Shown in pieces: positions 10,613-20,348 of a DNA stretch of 64,000 nucleotides. This DNA comes from Thermoanaerobaculia bacterium (GTDB taxonomy: Bacteria > Acidobacteriota > Thermoanaerobaculia > Gp7-AA8): NCBI GenBank assembly GCA_035544735.1, contig DATKCD010000093.1, positions 86 to 64,085 of the forward strand, written 5' to 3'. The first letter of the stretch is position 1. Each line of letters starts with the position of its first letter. Below the pieces are notes generated by a model. It was given only the letters and a program-made list of their open reading frames with translations, made no database searches and had not been told where the DNA came from. A program made the position numbers and the translations under genes.

Positions 10613-12031
10613 ATGCGGCAGAAGATCGGTCTGATTCTGGGTCCTCTCGCGTTCGCGACGATTCTGATGACGCCGGCGCCGGCCGGCGTGCCGCCCCTCG
10701 CGTGGAAGACGGCGGCGGCCGGCGTGCTGATGGCGGTGTGGTGGATCACCGAGGCGATTCCGATTCCGGCGACCGCGCTCCTTCCCCTCGCGCTGTTCCC
10801 CGCGCTCGGCGTGGCGACGATCGATCGCGCCGCCGCGCCGTACGCCAACCCGATCATCTTCCTGTTCCTGGGGGGGTTCATCCTCGCGATCGCGCTGGAG
10901 AACTCGGGACTGCATCGCCGCATCGCCTACCGCATCATGGCCGTGGTCGGGACCCGGCCGCGGAATCTGCTGTTCGGATTCATGCTCGCGACGGCCCTGC
11001 TGAGCGCAGCCGTGAGCAACACGGCGACGGTCGCGCTCATGCTGCCGATGGGGCTGTCCGTGATCGCACTGGTGAACGCGCGCACCGAAGGGGCCGAGTC
11101 GGAGGGATTCGCCACCGCGCTCATGCTCGGGCTGGCGTATGCCGCGACCATCGGCGGGCTCGCGACCCTCATCGGAACGCCGCCGAACGCGCTGCTCGCC
11201 GGCTATCTCGCGGAGAGCCACGGCCTCCGGATCGGATTCGCGCAGTGGATGCTCCTCGGCGTCCCGCTCGCCGCCGTCGCGCTGCCGGTCTGCTGGGCCA
11301 TTCTGCTCCGCCTCCACCGCCTCCCGGCCGGAGCGCTCGCGGGTGGAGCCGCCGCCCTCCGGGACCAGATCCGCTCGCTCGGCCCGATCGAGAGGAAGGA
11401 GCGTCTGGCCGCCGCCGTCACTCTCTTCATCGCATTGGCCTGGATTTTCCGCCCGCTCCTCGAGCGACGGATCCCGGGGCTCACCGACCCGGGGATCGCG
11501 ATCGCCGGCGCCGTGCTGCTGTTCGCCATCCCCGTCCGCTGGCGCCGCCCGGAGTTCGTCGTCCGCCTGGGCGATCTCGAGCGCGTCCCCTGGTCGGTGC
11601 TGCTCCTGTTCGGTGGAGGACTCTCGCTCGCCTCGGCGGTCGAGGCGAGCGGGCTCGCCCTCGCGATCGGCCGTGCCGTCGCGCTGCTGCACGGGGTCCC
11701 TCCCTGGGTCGCGGTCGTCGCCGTGACCACGCTCGTCATATTCCTCACCGAGATGACCAGCAATACCGCGACCGCCGCCGCGTTCCTTCCGATCGTCGGT
11801 TCCGCGGCTGCCGGCATCGGCACCGACCCGGCGCTGCTCGCCGTTCCGACGGCCCTCGCGGCGAGCTGTGCCTTCATGCTCCCGGTCGCCACCCCTCCCA
11901 ACGCCATCGTCTACGGCTCGGGACGCATCTCGGTCGTTCAGATGGTGCGCGCCGGCATCTGGCTCAACCTCGCCCTGATCGCCCTCATCACCGCCGCCAC
12001 GCTGCTGCTCGCGCGCTTCGTGGTCGAGTGA
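10613..12031 (+). CDS. SLC13/DASS family divalent anion:Na+ symporter
   Basis: 472-aa polytopic membrane protein. WWITEAIPIPATALLP and the duplicated SNTAT motif (VSNTATVALMLP, TSNTATAAAFLP). Confidence 0.9.
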   Translation: MRQKIGLILGPLAFATILMTPAPAGVPPLAWKTAAAGVLMAVWWITEAIPIPATALLPLALFPALGVATIDRAAAPYANPIIFLFLGGFILAIALENSGLHRRIAYRIMAVVGTRPRNLLFGFMLATALLSAAVSNTATVALMLPMGLSVIALVNARTEGAESEGFATALMLGLAYAATIGGLATLIGTPPNALLAGYLAESHGLRIGFAQWMLLGVPLAAVALPVCWAILLRLHRLPAGALAGGAAALRDQIRSLGPIERKERLAAAVTLFIALAWIFRPLLERRIPGLTDPGIAIAGAVLLFAIPVRWRRPEFVVRLGDLERVPWSVLLLFGGGLSLASAVEASGLALAIGRAVALLHGVPPWVAVVAVTTLVIFLTEMTSNTATAAAFLPIVGSAAAGIGTDPALLAVPTALAASCAFMLPVATPPNAIVYGSGRISVVQMVRAGIWLNLALIALITAATLLLARFVVE

Positions 12032-12058
12032 TTCGCGCGACTCCCGGCCCGCCGCCCG

Positions 12059-12301
12059 CTACAGGTACGACAGTCCGGCGAAGAGGAGCGAGAACAGCAG
12101 GAGCGCGGCGATGAGGGCGACCAGCAGCATCGCCGATCGGGAGGTGAAGCGCGCGGCCCCTTCCGCGTCTTCGCGGCGGAGGCTCTTCCAGAACGCCGTG
12201 AGGATCCCGGCCGACACGCCGAAGGCGAGAAGGCCGGTGACGGCGACCAGGATCACCATTTTATGAAACTCCGCCTCGCTGCCGGGGACCGCTGCCAGCA
12301 T
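12059..12301 (-). CDS. Small membrane protein, two predicted TM helices (hypothetical)
   Basis: 80-aa ORF with strong G/C third-position bias. Hydrophobic segments VILVAVTGLLAFGVSAGILTAF and MLLVALIAALLLFSLLFAGL. The start may instead be the internal ATG (MVIL...). Confidence 0.45.
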   Translation of the reverse strand: MLAAVPGSEAEFHKMVILVAVTGLLAFGVSAGILTAFWKSLRREDAEGAARFTSRSAMLLVALIAALLLFSLLFAGLSYL

Positions 12302-12405
12302 GCGGAGGAGAATATCAGAGCGTTCCCCTCGCTCCCGCCGGCGGCACGAAAACTCTCCGAGGCGCGGGCCGTATGAAGGGTCAGAAACGAGAACGGAGGT
12401 TCCCG

Positions 12406-13194
12406 ATGAAACGCGCCCGCATGCTACTCCCGCTCTTTCTTCTCGCGTTCGCGGCGATGGCGCCGGCCGATACGCTGGTGGAGAGATTCGAGGGGACCTG
12501 GCCGCTCCAGGGAGAGGAGTTCTCGCTGGACAACGTGAACGGATCGGTGAGCGTCACCGCGTGGGACCGCGACGAGGTCCGGATCGAGGCGGAAAAGCGG
12601 ATCCGTGCGCGGCGGCGGGACGCGGCGGCAGACGCGATGAAGGAACTGAGGATCGAGGTGACCCGGACCTCGAAGGGACTCGAGGTCCGGACGCGGTATC
12701 CCCGCGAGCGGAGAGGAGCGTTCGATCTGTTCGATCTGTTCTCGGGGTCCGATTTCAGCGCGAAGGTCGATTACCGGATCAAGCTGCCGCGCGGCGCGCG
12801 GCTGGTGATCGACACGGTCAACGCCGCGATCGAGGTGGACGGGGTCGAGGGGGGATTCGCGCTCGTGACCGTGAACGGCCGGATCGACGTGGTGCGGGGG
12901 GCGGGGAGTTTCGAGGCTTCGACCGTGAACGGTGCGATCGACGCTCAGCTCATGGGCTCGGATCCTTCGAAGGTGCGGATTTCGACGGTGAACGGAAAGG
13001 TCGCGCTCGCCCTCCCCGCGGACATCCGTGCGGACGTTGAGGTTTCGACGGTCAACGGACGCATCAGCTCCGAGCTTCCGCTGACGGCGAGCGAGATGGG
13101 ACGCCGTAAACTGCGGGGGACGATCAACGGCGGAGGGGGTGTTCCGATCCACATCTCGACGGTGAACGGCTCGATCCGGCTCGGTCCGAGCTGA
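12406..13194 (+). CDS. DUF4097-type beta-helix repeat protein (putative adhesin-like), secreted
   Basis: Signal peptide MKRARMLLPLFLLAFAAMAPA. Repeated xTVNGxIxV strands (DNVNGSVSV, VTVNGRIDV, STVNGAIDA, STVNGKVAL, STVNGRISS, STVNGSIRL). Confidence 0.7.
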   Translation: MKRARMLLPLFLLAFAAMAPADTLVERFEGTWPLQGEEFSLDNVNGSVSVTAWDRDEVRIEAEKRIRARRRDAAADAMKELRIEVTRTSKGLEVRTRYPRERRGAFDLFDLFSGSDFSAKVDYRIKLPRGARLVIDTVNAAIEVDGVEGGFALVTVNGRIDVVRGAGSFEASTVNGAIDAQLMGSDPSKVRISTVNGKVALALPADIRADVEVSTVNGRISSELPLTASEMGRRKLRGTINGGGGVPIHISTVNGSIRLGPS

Positions 13195-13198
13195 CGCG

Positions 13199-14389
13199 TC
13201 ACCTGCCGCCGACGCTCTCGCTCGATCGGATGGACGCGGCGGCGCGATCGAGGCGCATCCGTGTCGCCGGGACCTTGGCGGAATAGCGCTCGGTCTCGGG
13301 GAGCGACACGATCAGACCGCTGCGCATCCGCTTGACGTTGTGGCCGCCGCCGTTGTAGAGCGCGGCGGTGAGACGCTCGAGGCTCTCGTCGGGGGCGCCG
13401 AGGGCGCGGGCCTGGCCGAGCTTGGTGTCGACGTGCTGCACCAGGAAGCGGGCCATCGCCGGCGGCGAGAAGCGCTCGTCGAGCTCTGAAGCGAGGACGA
13501 CCCCCGCTTCGTACGCACGGCTCTTCGCGATCGCTTCCGGATCTCCGCCGAACCGCGCGCGCAGAACCGCGTCCCGCCGCGCGAGCAGGTCCCGCTGATA
13601 GCGCCTCCAGCTCGTCCGCTGCAGCTCGATCTCGCTCCGGTAGCCGCTCCGTGCACGCTCGTGGATCTCTTCGAGCTCGGGCCGCGGGGCGCCTCGACCG
13701 AGCACCGCTTCCAGATCGGTGAGCATCCGGAGGTTGCGCTGCTCGTCGCGCCGGATGGCCTCGAGCCACGCCTCGTCACCCCATCGCTCGAGCAACAGCA
13801 GCTCGTCCACCCCTTCCCTGCGGTAGCGGAACGCGTCGGCGAGCATCTCGGCGGCCTTCCCGCCGATGCGCTCGTCCGGGCCCGCTTCCAGCAGCATCGA
13901 CGCGATTCGCGCCACGTCGCCGAGCGGCTTCTTCATAATGTAGGCGCGGGACCCGCGGAGGTAATCGTCGGTGACGTGGAGCGGCCCGGTGAATCCCTCC
14001 GCGATGTAGGCGACCGGGGTCGCCTGCGCGAGGCCGACCGCTCCGGCTTCGGACACCAGCAGGATCCGACCGTTGGTCTCCGCGTGCGCGATGGCCAGAA
14101 GCAGCGTCAGACGGTCCGACCCTCCTTCCGCGGCGGCGCGCGAGAGCACGTGCACGAGCCTCCCCGCATCCCGGGTCCACAGCGTCGCGAGCTCCTCCGC
14201 GAGAGCGCGCTCGCGTACCGTCAGCGGATACTCCGGATCGTGCTCCGGAACCGTGAATACGACCGCCCGGGGGGCCGAGCGCTTCGATCGCTTCGCTCTC
14301 GCCGCCCCCTTCGCCGCGAGCGCTTCGAGCGCCCCGACGAACAGCAGGACGGCCACGGCCCCATACACCACTCCTCTGTCCGACCGCAT
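13199..14389 (-). CDS. Lytic transglycosylase (SLT)-like domain protein, membrane anchored
   Basis: ORF trimmed to MRSDRGVVYGAVAVLLFVGAL (TM). SLT-like motifs AIAHAETNG, GAVGLAQ and ALYNGGGHNV, separated by a long helical insert. Confidence 0.55.
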   Translation of the reverse strand: MRSDRGVVYGAVAVLLFVGALEALAAKGAARAKRSKRSAPRAVVFTVPEHDPEYPLTVRERALAEELATLWTRDAGRLVHVLSRAAAEGGSDRLTLLLAIAHAETNGRILLVSEAGAVGLAQATPVAYIAEGFTGPLHVTDDYLRGSRAYIMKKPLGDVARIASMLLEAGPDERIGGKAAEMLADAFRYRREGVDELLLLERWGDEAWLEAIRRDEQRNLRMLTDLEAVLGRGAPRPELEEIHERARSGYRSEIELQRTSWRRYQRDLLARRDAVLRARFGGDPEAIAKSRAYEAGVVLASELDERFSPPAMARFLVQHVDTKLGQARALGAPDESLERLTAALYNGGGHNVKRMRSGLIVSLPETERYSAKVPATRMRLDRAAASIRSSESVGGR

Positions 14390-14496
14390 CCCGCCGCACC
14401 TCCTCCACTTCCCTTCCCGGGCGGAGAAGGGATTGATCTTCGAGTCGAGTCCCAGTGTACCGGATCGGCTGGCCCTTTGGGATAATCGCTCCCCCG

Positions 14497-14868
14497 ATGC
14501 CCACCCGCGGCCGCCGCATCTCACCCGACGAGTTCGAGCGCCTCGTCGAAGAAGCCCTCGCGGGATTACCGGCCGAGTTCCGCGAGCTGCTCGAAAACGT
14601 CGCCATCGTCGTCGAGCAGGAGCCGACAGACGAGGACCTCGAGATCTCGGAGGGCGACGGCGAGCTGCTCGGGATCTTCCGCGGCGTCGCGCGCCCCGAT
14701 CGGAGCTGGAACCAGCTCCCCTCGCTGCCGAATCAGATCAGCATCTTCCGCGGGCCCATCCTCCGGGTCAGCCGCTCGCGAGCCGAGGTGGTCCACGAGA
14801 TTCGCGAGACCGTGGTCCACGAGCTCGGCCACTTCTTCGGGCTCGGCGATCACGAGATGCCGTTCTGA
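14497..14868 (+). CDS. Small zincin-like metallopeptidase family protein (DUF1025-type)
   Basis: C-terminal 123 aa of ORF 14455..14868, starting at the ATG for MPTRGRR. HExxH site VVHELGHFFG and terminal GDHEM. Confidence 0.8.
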   Translation: MPTRGRRISPDEFERLVEEALAGLPAEFRELLENVAIVVEQEPTDEDLEISEGDGELLGIFRGVARPDRSWNQLPSLPNQISIFRGPILRVSRSRAEVVHEIRETVVHELGHFFGLGDHEMPF

Positions 14869-14881
14869 TGCGTCGCCGGCG

Positions 14882-15376
14882 CTACTCGTCGATGACGAAC
14901 TCGAGAGTCTCGACCTCGGATCCGCCCATGGAGACGTCGACCTGATAGGTTCCGGGCGCCCAGTCCGCGGTCTGTTCGACGGTGAAGCGGATCCGTGTCG
15001 AGCCCGGCTCGACCTCGAGCCGCTGCCGCAGGAGGGTCTTCTCTCCGCGGCGCCAGACGGCGCTGGCCGCGGAGCCGGGAGGAGCCTGCTCGAGCTCGAG
15101 GATGAGATGGATCGGGGCGCCCGCGCGGAACCGCGCCGCGTCGGCTTCGAGAGAACCGTCGGGGCCGAGCCGGCCGCCGAGCCGGACTTCCCGAACCAGA
15201 GGGGGACCTCCGATCTCGATGGTGCGATCGACCTGCTCGCCGCCGAGGTCGGTCGGGGCAGCCGCGGCCGCGGGGGGCGGCGCGGAATCGCGCGCTGCGG
15301 CCTCGATCGACTCCTCCCGGCAGGCCGCGAGAGACAGAATGACGAGGCCGAAGAGTGCAACGCGTCGAGCGCTCAT
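14882..15376 (-). CDS. Lipoprotein, hypothetical
   Basis: Last 164 aa of ORF 14882..15934. MSARRVALFGLVILSLAAC lipobox, Ala/Pro linker, then a beta-rich domain. Confidence 0.6.
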   Translation of the reverse strand: MSARRVALFGLVILSLAACREESIEAAARDSAPPPAAAAAPTDLGGEQVDRTIEIGGPPLVREVRLGGRLGPDGSLEADAARFRAGAPIHLILELEQAPPGSAASAVWRRGEKTLLRQRLEVEPGSTRIRFTVEQTADWAPGTYQVDVSMGGSEVETLEFVIDE

Positions 15377-15426
15377 GAGCTCTCCCGATGAACTCAAGAA
15401 TGCGAATTCGGTCGGGACCGGGCGGA

Positions 15427-15693
15427 TCACCCTTTCCGCGCGGCCCTGGTGAGCATCGCCGTGGCGATCGCCAGAGTCGCCACACCCGCCGCGAGCCAGC
15501 CGCGATTCCGTCTCGCGTTCCTGGCGCCGCGCCGGACGCTCATCGCGGTCCGAAGCTGGGCGCGATCGAATTTCCGATCGACCTTCTGCGCGACCTTCCG
15601 TCCTCCCGCCGACGAGAGAAGATGGCTCACGCCCCAGATCGTCGCGATGGAGGCGGCGCGCCCCGCCATCTGTTTCGTGTCCCATCTCATCAT
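15427..15693 (-). CDS. Small basic protein with C-terminal hydrophobic helix (hypothetical)
   Basis: 88-aa reading from ATGATG at 15693 with high G/C third-position bias. Same direction as the downstream lipoprotein gene. No recognisable SD. Confidence 0.35.
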   Translation of the reverse strand: MMRWDTKQMAGRAASIATIWGVSHLLSSAGGRKVAQKVDRKFDRAQLRTAMSVRRGARNARRNRGWLAAGVATLAIATAMLTRAARKG

Positions 15694-15884
15694 CGATACC
15701 CCGGATGATGAAATGCAACGCCGCTGCCAGATCGGCCCGCTGGCGGATCGACGCCCTATCCCGCCCCGACTCCCCATTCAACGGGCCGGCCGACTCGAAG
15801 GAAAGAGCCCGCCGCCGGATCGGGTTACGCTTTCGTGAAGCGCCGCGTCGGCTGTGTGCTGCCGTGGTAGCCTCGTTTCCGATC

Positions 15885-17231
15885 ATGGCGCAACCACTCA
15901 GATTCTCCCGCGCGCTTCGAGCGATGATCAGCATCGCGTGCGGCGTGGCGCTGTTCGCGGGGTGCGGAGAAGGAGTGGATCAGACCGCGGCCGTGCGCCC
16001 GCCGGCGGTCGAAGCGGTCGAAGCGCGCGAAGGGGAGCTTCCGCTGAGCGAGCGCGTGAGCGGCCGGGTGCGCGCCGAGAACCAGGTTGCGATTCACGCG
16101 GAGATCGAAGCGCCGGTCGTCGAGGTGCTCGTTCGGAACGGAGAGCAGGTGCGCCGGGGACAGCCGCTGGTGCGGCTCGACGGGCGGGGGCTGCGGGAGC
16201 AGCTGCGGCAGGCGGAGGCGAGCGTACGTCTGGCCGAGGGATCGGCGGCGGAGGCGCGCGCTCGGGTCGCGGAGCTCGAAGCGGAGATGCGGCGGACGCG
16301 CGCGCTGGCGGCCGAGCAGCTCGTCAGCTCGCTCGAGCTGGAGACGCTGGAAGCCCGCGTGGCCGCGGCCAGCGCCTCGGCGGACCAGGCCGATTCCCGC
16401 ATCGAGCAGGCGCGCGCGACCGCCGACGAGCGACGCTCCGCCCTCGCCCGCACCGTCGTCCGCGCGCCGGTCGAGGGCCGCATCGGACAGCGCAACGCCG
16501 AAGTCGGCATGATCGCCTCTCCCGGCACCCTGCTCTTCCTGATCGGCGATTTCGACGAGCTCACCATCGAGATCCCCCTGACCCAGCAGATGCTCGAGCA
16601 CGTCCGCGAGGGCGATCCGGTCCGCATCTCCTCCCCCGCTCTCGGCGAGGCCGGAATCGACGCGACCCTTTCGCGCATTTCCCCGTTCCTCGGCCGAACC
16701 ACGTTCAGCACGACCGGCGAGATCGATCTCCGGAACGACGATCGCCGCCTCCGTCCCGGAATGTTCGTCACCGTGGACATTCTCTACGGCGAGAGTGGCC
16801 GCGCGACTCTGGTGCCGGCCAGCGCGATCTGGGAAGACCCGCGCACGCTGGAGATCGTGATTTTCGCCATCGATCTCCCGCCGGGCCCGCCGGGCGCGGC
16901 GGATGATCCCCCTTCGCCCACGGCTCACCCGGTGACTCGTCGTCCGGTCGAGGTGCTCGCCGAAGGCATGGGGACGGTCGGCGTGCGCGGGATCGAGCCG
17001 GGGGAGTGGGTCGTGGTCATGGGACAGCATCTGATCTCCGAGCGGGAGAGCGAGACCGCGCGAGCGCGGCGCGCGGGGTGGGAGCGGGTGCTCGCGCTCC
17101 AGGGGCTGCAGCGCGAAGACCTTCTGGCCGGATTCCTCGCCCGGCAGCAGCAGACCGCGAAAGCCGAGGGAATCGTGCCGCCTTCCAGCGAAGAGTACCT
17201 CGGCGGCGGAGCGGCCGCCGCAGGGCAGTGA
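15885..17231 (+). CDS. RND efflux periplasmic adaptor (membrane fusion protein, HlyD/AcrA family)
   Basis: Trimmed to MAQPLRF...ISIACGVALFAGC (lipobox). Coiled-coil hairpin (LRQAEASVRLAEG...VAELEAEMRR) and beta-barrel VRAPVEGRIGQRN. Confidence 0.85.
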   Translation: MAQPLRFSRALRAMISIACGVALFAGCGEGVDQTAAVRPPAVEAVEAREGELPLSERVSGRVRAENQVAIHAEIEAPVVEVLVRNGEQVRRGQPLVRLDGRGLREQLRQAEASVRLAEGSAAEARARVAELEAEMRRTRALAAEQLVSSLELETLEARVAAASASADQADSRIEQARATADERRSALARTVVRAPVEGRIGQRNAEVGMIASPGTLLFLIGDFDELTIEIPLTQQMLEHVREGDPVRISSPALGEAGIDATLSRISPFLGRTTFSTTGEIDLRNDDRRLRPGMFVTVDILYGESGRATLVPASAIWEDPRTLEIVIFAIDLPPGPPGAADDPPSPTAHPVTRRPVEVLAEGMGTVGVRGIEPGEWVVVMGQHLISERESETARARRAGWERVLALQGLQREDLLAGFLARQQQTAKAEGIVPPSSEEYLGGGAAAAGQ

Positions 17232-17243
17232 GGGCCGACTCGA

Positions 17244-20200
17244 ATGGCAGCCATCACGAACGCCTCGATCCGCCGCCCCGTCGCGACCTCGATGATCTAT
17301 CTGATGCTCATCGTGGTCGGAGTCGTCTCGTTCCGCGCCCTTCCCATCGACCTTCTGCCGGCGGTCGAGTTCACCCAGTTGACGGTCAGGGTCCGGTATC
17401 CCAACGTCGGTCCCGAAGAGATCGAGAGAATCATCACCGATCCGATCGAGAACGCGGTGTCGGGCCTGCCGAATCTCGAGCGGATGACCTCGGTCTCGGA
17501 AGAGGGATCGAGCCGCGTTCGGCTCGAGTTCGCTCGCGGGACGAACATCGATGAAGCGGCGAACGATCTGCGCGCCGCGCTCGACCGCCTTCGGGACGAG
17601 CTGCCCCTCGAAGCCGATCCCCCCGAGATCCTGAAGCTCGATCTCGACCGCATCGAGGTCGTCAGCATGTACGCGACCTCCTCGCACCCGCTGTCCGAGC
17701 TGACGCGGATCCTGGAGGAGGACCTGGCGCGGCGCTTCGAGCAGATCCCCGGCGTCGGCGCCATCCAGGTGAGGGGCGGGATCTACCGCGAGATCCGGGT
17801 CGAGCTCGATCGCGAGCGGCTCCAGGCTTCGGGCCTGACCGCGCTCGACGTGCAGGAGGCGATCGCGAGGGAAAACGTCACCCTTCCGGGCGGAAACGTC
17901 AAGAGCGGATTCAGCGACCTGTACGTGCGCACCTCGGGCGAGTACGTGTCGGTCGACCAGATCGCCTCGACGGTCATCACGACGATCGACGGGTTCCCCA
18001 TGCGCGTGGCCGACGTGGCCCGGGTGCGCGACGGACACGAGGACGTGCTGTATCTGGTCGAGGTGAACGGAGTCCCCTCGGTCAGCCTCGGGATCCAGAA
18101 GCAGAGCGGGGCGAACACGGTGGAGGTCGCCCAGGAAATCCGGCGCGAGGTCGCGAGGATCAACGCCGAGAGCGACGAGATCCACCTGACGATCTTCTCG
18201 GACCAGAGCGAGTTCATCCGGCAGTCGATCGCGAGCGTGCGCAACTCCGCGATCTGGGGCGGACTCCTCGCGATCGTGATTCTCTACGTCTTCCTGCGGA
18301 ACCGCTCGAGCACGTTCATCATCTCTCTGGCGATCCCCATCTCGGTGATCTCGACCTTCGGGCTGCTCTACTTCGGCGGAATGACGCTGAACCAGATGAC
18401 CTTCGGAGGTCTCGCGCTCGGGGTGGGGCTGATGGTGGACAACGCCATCGTCGTGATCGAGAGCATCGTGAGGAAGAGAGAGGAGACGGACGCGAGCTCG
18501 GTCGAAGCGGCCGCGGTGGGAACGCGCGAGGTGGCCGGAGCGATCGTGGCCTCCACGCTGACGAGCTGCGTGATCTTTCTTCCGGTCGTATTCACCCGCA
18601 CGACGAGCGGCGCTCTGTTCCAGGCGCTCGCGCTCGTGGTGGTCTTCGCCCTCGTCTGTTCGCTAATGGTCGCGCTGACCCTGGTCCCGATGCTCGCGGC
18701 GAGGCTGCACCGCTCGGGCCGCGCGAGAACGCGCCGTAACCTGTTCGCGCGCGCCGAGACGTGGTACACGGGAAGGCTGCGCCGCGCGGTCCAGCGGCGA
18801 GGCCTGGTGTTCGCCGCCACCGGAGGGCTGCTCCTGGCGGCCCTGCTGCTGTGGCCGCTCATCCCCGTCGAGCTCGCCCCTCAGACCGACGCCGACGAGA
18901 TCGACGTCGACATCGACATGGCGCAGGGGACCAACATCGCCGTGGTCGGGACCTACGTGCGCGAGCTGGAATCGCGCGTCCGACGGCTGCTCTCACCCGG
19001 CGACGTCGAGCTGGTGACGACCGAGGTCCGCGGCAGCCATGCCGAGGTCGAGCTCAAGCTCGCCCCGCAGGGAAGGCGCGCGGTCTCGGCCACGGAGATC
19101 GCCGACCGCCTCCGCTCCAGCCTCGAGGGTCAAATTCCGGGCGCCGAGATCCGCGTCGACGCGCAGCCCGGTCTCTGGATCCTGCGAAGGATCTTCAGCT
19201 CGGGCGGCGGAGAGGAAGCGATCGAGCTCGAGCTCCGGGAATGGGACCTCGATCGCGCCGACGAAACGGCCCGCGCCATGCTCAGGCGCATCGAGGGGAT
19301 CGCGGGCATCACGGACGTCCGGATCAGCCGGCGGGAGGGACAGCCGGAGGAAAACCTCGTGATCGACCGCGCCCGCATCGCCGAGGTGGGGCTCTCCGCG
19401 CGCGAGGTCGCGCGCACCCTGCAGGCGAATCTCGGAGGAATGGAAGCCGGCAGGCTCCGCCAGGGCGGCGAAGAGTATCCGATCGTGGTCCGGCTCCGTC
19501 CGGAGGACCGCCTTCTCGCGGAGGACCTGCGCAACGTCTCGCTCCGTACCTCGACGGGCGGCACCGTGCCGCTCTCGACGCTGGTCCGCCGGGAGCGGAG
19601 CCGAGGCCCGACCGCGATCGGCCGCGTCGACGGTCAGCGCGTCACCTACATCACCGCGAGCCTCGAGGGGGGCCTCGCCCTGGGCGAGGCGGTCGAGCGC
19701 ATCCGCGAGGCGCTCACCGAGGTCCCGCTGCCCGAGACCTCGTCGCTGCTGTTCGGCGGCGAGTACCAGGAGCAGCAGGAGGCGCGCCGCGATTTCCTCA
19801 TCGCGATCGCGATGGCGATCGCTCTCGTCTACATGCTCATGGCGGCGCAGTTCGAGCGTTTCCTCGACCCGCTCGTCGTCATGCTCTCGGTTCCCATGGC
19901 TCTGGTCGGCGTCGTGCCGGCGCTGCTGCTCACCGGAACGACGCTGAACATGCAGAGCATCATGGGGCTGATCATGCTCGTCGGCGTCGTCGTGAACAAC
20001 GCCATCGTCTTCGTCGAGACGATCAACCTGCTCCGCCGCGAACGCCACCTCGCCGCCCCCGAAGCCGTCGTCGAGGCAGGCCGCCTCCGCCTCAGACCCA
20101 TCCTGATGACCACCTCCACGACCGTGCTCGCGCTCCTTCCTCTCGCCATCGGGATCGGCGCGGGCGCCGAGATCCAGGCCGCGTTCGCGCGCGTCGTCAT

Positions 20201-20345
20201 CGGCGGCCTGATCGCATCGACGCTCGTCACCCTCGTGCTCATCCCGGTCGCCTACATCAGCGCCACCGGCACGGTCGCCCGCATCCGGGGGCGGATGTCG
20301 TGGAAGGCCCGCCCGCCGGCGGACGAAGATCGCGCAACGGCGTGA
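17244..20345 (+). CDS. RND efflux transporter permease (AcrB/HAE1-like)
   Basis: 1033 aa in a 12-TM layout with two large periplasmic loops. Typical start ITNASIRRPVATSMIYLMLIVVG. Starts 13 nt after the adaptor gene. Confidence 0.95.
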   Translation: MAAITNASIRRPVATSMIYLMLIVVGVVSFRALPIDLLPAVEFTQLTVRVRYPNVGPEEIERIITDPIENAVSGLPNLERMTSVSEEGSSRVRLEFARGTNIDEAANDLRAALDRLRDELPLEADPPEILKLDLDRIEVVSMYATSSHPLSELTRILEEDLARRFEQIPGVGAIQVRGGIYREIRVELDRERLQASGLTALDVQEAIARENVTLPGGNVKSGFSDLYVRTSGEYVSVDQIASTVITTIDGFPMRVADVARVRDGHEDVLYLVEVNGVPSVSLGIQKQSGANTVEVAQEIRREVARINAESDEIHLTIFSDQSEFIRQSIASVRNSAIWGGLLAIVILYVFLRNRSSTFIISLAIPISVISTFGLLYFGGMTLNQMTFGGLALGVGLMVDNAIVVIESIVRKREETDASSVEAAAVGTREVAGAIVASTLTSCVIFLPVVFTRTTSGALFQALALVVVFALVCSLMVALTLVPMLAARLHRSGRARTRRNLFARAETWYTGRLRRAVQRRGLVFAATGGLLLAALLLWPLIPVELAPQTDADEIDVDIDMAQGTNIAVVGTYVRELESRVRRLLSPGDVELVTTEVRGSHAEVELKLAPQGRRAVSATEIADRLRSSLEGQIPGAEIRVDAQPGLWILRRIFSSGGGEEAIELELREWDLDRADETARAMLRRIEGIAGITDVRISRREGQPEENLVIDRARIAEVGLSAREVARTLQANLGGMEAGRLRQGGEEYPIVVRLRPEDRLLAEDLRNVSLRTSTGGTVPLSTLVRRERSRGPTAIGRVDGQRVTYITASLEGGLALGEAVERIREALTEVPLPETSSLLFGGEYQEQQEARRDFLIAIAMAIALVYMLMAAQFERFLDPLVVMLSVPMALVGVVPALLLTGTTLNMQSIMGLIMLVGVVVNNAIVFVETINLLRRERHLAAPEAVVEAGRLRLRPILMTTSTTVLALLPLAIGIGAGAEIQAAFARVVIGGLIASTLVTLVLIPVAYISATGTVARIRGRMSWKARPPADEDRATA

Positions 20346-20348
20346 ACA